A model generated the notes under the pieces. The model saw only the letters and a list, made by a program, of their open reading frames with translations. It did no database searches and was not told the DNA's origin. 64,000 nt of DNA from an uncultured Oscillospiraceae bacterium (GTDB taxonomy: Bacteria > Bacillota > Clostridia > Saccharofermentanales > UBA5734): contig CAZOHH010000002.1 of the NCBI GenBank assembly GCA_964579735.1, forward strand, positions 4,682 through 68,681. The letters are read 5' to 3'. A program made the position numbers and the translations under genes. Shown in pieces: positions 61,882 through 64,000 of the stretch. Position 1 is the first letter of the stretch. Every line of letters begins with the position of its first letter.

Positions 61882-62690
61882 GAATCGGATTCCTTTTCTT
61901 CAGGGGCGTCGAACCAATCGTGAACGGGTCCGTCCAATGTGATCGCTTCGAGGCGTATGGGAGAGAACGGCGCATCCTGTTCAGCCTCTATGCGCCCTAG
62001 CTTGAGCAACTCCAGGACGGCGAGAAAGCCGGCGACCCGGTCGGGTCGAGGAGACGAGAGCGGGAACAACTCGGAGAACAAGGCTTTTGTCCGACCAAGA
62101 AGCGCCTTCCACAGGGCTCGCATCTTATCTCGGATGGATATCCGCTCTCTTTTCAGCAGATGAGAGACTTTCTCGCTCAAGTCGTTGAATCGGCTGCCGT
62201 TGCGTTCTGAAATGGTGGCACAGGCTTCGTAGAATGCTTCGCGTCGAATCGGTGGTCCGTTGCCTTTGTCGAGAAGCAGCCCGAGCCGCTCGGACGTCTC
62301 CGGCAGGCGACGGACACATGAGCCCCAGATTTCCTGACGACCACGGAGGTCTGCGGCCAGCGCCTTGCACCGGCGGTATTCAAGCAGTTTCATGACCAGT
62401 TCGTCGCGCGGGTCGTCCCCGTCGTCCTCGCTCGATGCATTGCGCGAAGGAAGGAGCATGCGCGACTTGATCTGAAGGAGCGTCGCCGCCATGACGAGGA
62501 ATTCACTCGCGATCTCAAGGTCCATCTTGTCGAGTCCGGCAAGGTAGGAGATATACTGGTCGGCGATGGATCCGATCGGGATGTCGTAGACGCTGACGCG
62601 GTTCTTCTCGATGAGGTGGAACAGGAGGTCCAGAGGGCCCTCGAAGTGGTCCAGATGGTAGGAAGGCGCCGCTGTCGACTCCGTCGGCAT
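61863..62690 (-). CDS. scpA: Segregation and condensation protein A
   Basis: FEGPLDLLFHLIEKNRVSVYDIPIGSIADQY is the ScpA kleisin N-terminus. scpA-scpB pair. Confidence 0.9.
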   Translation of the reverse strand: MPTESTAAPSYHLDHFEGPLDLLFHLIEKNRVSVYDIPIGSIADQYISYLAGLDKMDLEIASEFLVMAATLLQIKSRMLLPSRNASSEDDGDDPRDELVMKLLEYRRCKALAADLRGRQEIWGSCVRRLPETSERLGLLLDKGNGPPIRREAFYEACATISERNGSRFNDLSEKVSHLLKRERISIRDKMRALWKALLGRTKALFSELFPLSSPRPDRVAGFLAVLELLKLGRIEAEQDAPFSPIRLEAITLDGPVHDWFDAPEEKESDSWKEYR

Positions 62691-63676
62691 CAGAAGTCCA
62701 CTTTCATCGCACTCCGGACGAGACCCATGGTTTCACCGGCCTGCCGGGAGGCCTTTCGGGAGCCTTCCATGAGCATTTCGCGGAGCCGCGGGCGGTTCTG
62801 GAGGAGCGCCGTGCGCTTTTCGTGGATCGGGGTATGGAAGGCCGCGATCTTCGCCGCGAGGTCTTTCTTGCACTGGACGCAGCCGACGGTGCCGGCGCGG
62901 CAGGCTTCGGCGATGGGTTCGGTCTCCCCTTCGCTGAACACCTTGTGGAAGGCGAACACCGAACACACTTCAGGGTGTCCCGGGTCATCCTTTCGGATTC
63001 GGGCGGGATCGGTGACCATGGACATCGTCTTCTTGCGAACGGTCTCCGGGTCGTCGGCGAAGGCGATGGTATTCCCGTAGCTCTTGGACATCTTGCGACC
63101 GTCGATGCCGGGAAGCACCTTGGATTGGGTCAGCAGGGGCTGCGGCTCGGGCAGGACGTCCCCGTAGAAGTGATTGAAACGGCGGGCGATCTCGCGCGTC
63201 AGTTCGAGGTGGGGCAGCTGGTCCTCCCCTACGGGCACGAAGTCGGCGCGGTACATGAGGATATCCGCGGCCTGGAGATTGGGATAACCCAGGAATCCGT
63301 AGGTCGCCGAGCCTTCGTCTTCGTTCTTCGCGACGTAGTCCTTGTAGGTCGGGCAGCGCAGAAGCCAGGAGAGCGGCGTATTCATGGAAAGGAGGAGGTG
63401 CAGTTCGGCATGTTCCTTGACGGCGGACTGGAGGAACAGGACGCTGCGCTCCGGGTCGAGTCCGCAGGCCAGGTAGTCCGCGTAGATGCCGTAGATGTTG
63501 TCCTTGATGCCGGCCGTGTCGGCATAGCCCGTCGTCAGTGCGTGCCAGTCCGCGATGAAGAAATGGCAGTCGTATTCGTCCTGGAGGCGCACCCAGTTTC
63601 CGAGCGCTCCGAAATAGTTGCCGAGGTGGATGTTTCCGGTCGAACGCGTGCCGCTCAGTACGATCTTCTTCGTCAT
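62690..63676 (-). CDS. trpS: Tryptophan--tRNA ligase
   Basis: GTRSTGNIHLGNYFGA (HIGH-type) and KMSKS (GRKMSKSYGN). GGAGGA SD before ATG 63676. Confidence 0.95.
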   Translation of the reverse strand: MTKKIVLSGTRSTGNIHLGNYFGALGNWVRLQDEYDCHFFIADWHALTTGYADTAGIKDNIYGIYADYLACGLDPERSVLFLQSAVKEHAELHLLLSMNTPLSWLLRCPTYKDYVAKNEDEGSATYGFLGYPNLQAADILMYRADFVPVGEDQLPHLELTREIARRFNHFYGDVLPEPQPLLTQSKVLPGIDGRKMSKSYGNTIAFADDPETVRKKTMSMVTDPARIRKDDPGHPEVCSVFAFHKVFSEGETEPIAEACRAGTVGCVQCKKDLAAKIAAFHTPIHEKRTALLQNRPRLREMLMEGSRKASRQAGETMGLVRSAMKVDF

Positions 63677-63705
63677 GGGGTCCTCCATTGGTATCGTTGG
63701 GTGGA

Positions 63706-64000
63706 TCAGCCGAAAAAGCCGAGAAGGGTGAACAACTGGGTGGCGGGAAACATGATCACGGCCTGGATCGGTATCGCGAAAAAGGAAATGATGCCCGAGA
63801 GGATGCCGGAAGCCATGTAGGCGACTACGAGGAATCCGATTCCGATATAGCGCTCGTAATGCATCAAGGTGTAATAGATACGGTTGGGAAGGACTGCGCC
63901 AAGCACCTTGTACCCGTCGAGCGGCGGAACGGGCAGGAAGTTGAAGACGGCGAGAGAGATGTTCAGGTAGACCATGGTGCCGAAGAACGTCATCAGGAGG
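63706..64000 (-). CDS. Site-2 protease (M50) family membrane protein, C-terminal part (5' end beyond window)
   Basis: NISLAVFNFLPVPPLDGYKVL is the conserved M50 NxxPxxxLDG motif. The reading frame stays open to the window edge. Confidence 0.7.
   Translation of the reverse strand, partial: LLMTFFGTMVYLNISLAVFNFLPVPPLDGYKVLGAVLPNRIYYTLMHYERYIGIGFLVVAYMASGILSGIISFFAIPIQAVIMFPATQLFTLLGFFG

Noticed and set aside
63677-63705. T-box leader upstream of trpS.
   Set aside because: Only 29 nt separate trpS from the upstream M50 protease gene, leaving no room for a specifier/antiterminator structure.

Overview
GC-rich (GC not computed), almost gap-free core-genome segment. Its synteny looks Clostridia-like: rnhB-rbgA-rplS-trmD-rimM-rpsP-ffh-ylxM-ftsY-smc-rnc-acpP, cinA/recA/recX, queA-tgt-yajC-SCIFF, dprA-topA-trmFO, and an IspH-S1 fusion. 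I call 57 protein genes (54 on the minus strand; only dapA, dapB and ychF on plus), tRNA-Trp(CCA), tRNA-Pro(GGG) and a type-A RNase P RNA. I also call a set of sigma-A-like promoters (many with a TGn extended -10), a LexA/Cheo box at recA, and several intrinsic terminators. Many ORF-track entries are too long at the 5' end, and some run through tRNA genes or through the antisense strand of neighbours; I re-derived those starts from SD and homology logic. The many 60-700 aa antisense ORFs are GC3 artefacts. I saw no integrase, transposase, CRISPR array, defence or toxin genes, and I found no convincing evidence of an undescribed multi-gene system: this is an ordinary housekeeping region. The most system-like element is a hand-found 48-codon SCIFF six-cysteine RiPP precursor, absent from the ORF track, with its radical-SAM/SPASM maturase and an intervening attenuator hairpin; the family is known but its biological role is not. 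Other points worth a second look: a DRP pentapeptide tandem-repeat tail on PNPase; a lone GH2 beta-galactosidase boxed in by two tRNA genes and strong hairpins; rnpB wedged between trmK and a PurM-like gene with its promoter over the trmK stop codon; apparently leaderless or SD-less starts (ylxM, queA, ECF sigma); and a structured rpsO-pnp spacer with a duplicated hairpin arm. All promoter and structure calls come from reading the sequence by eye and need transcript-mapping data.
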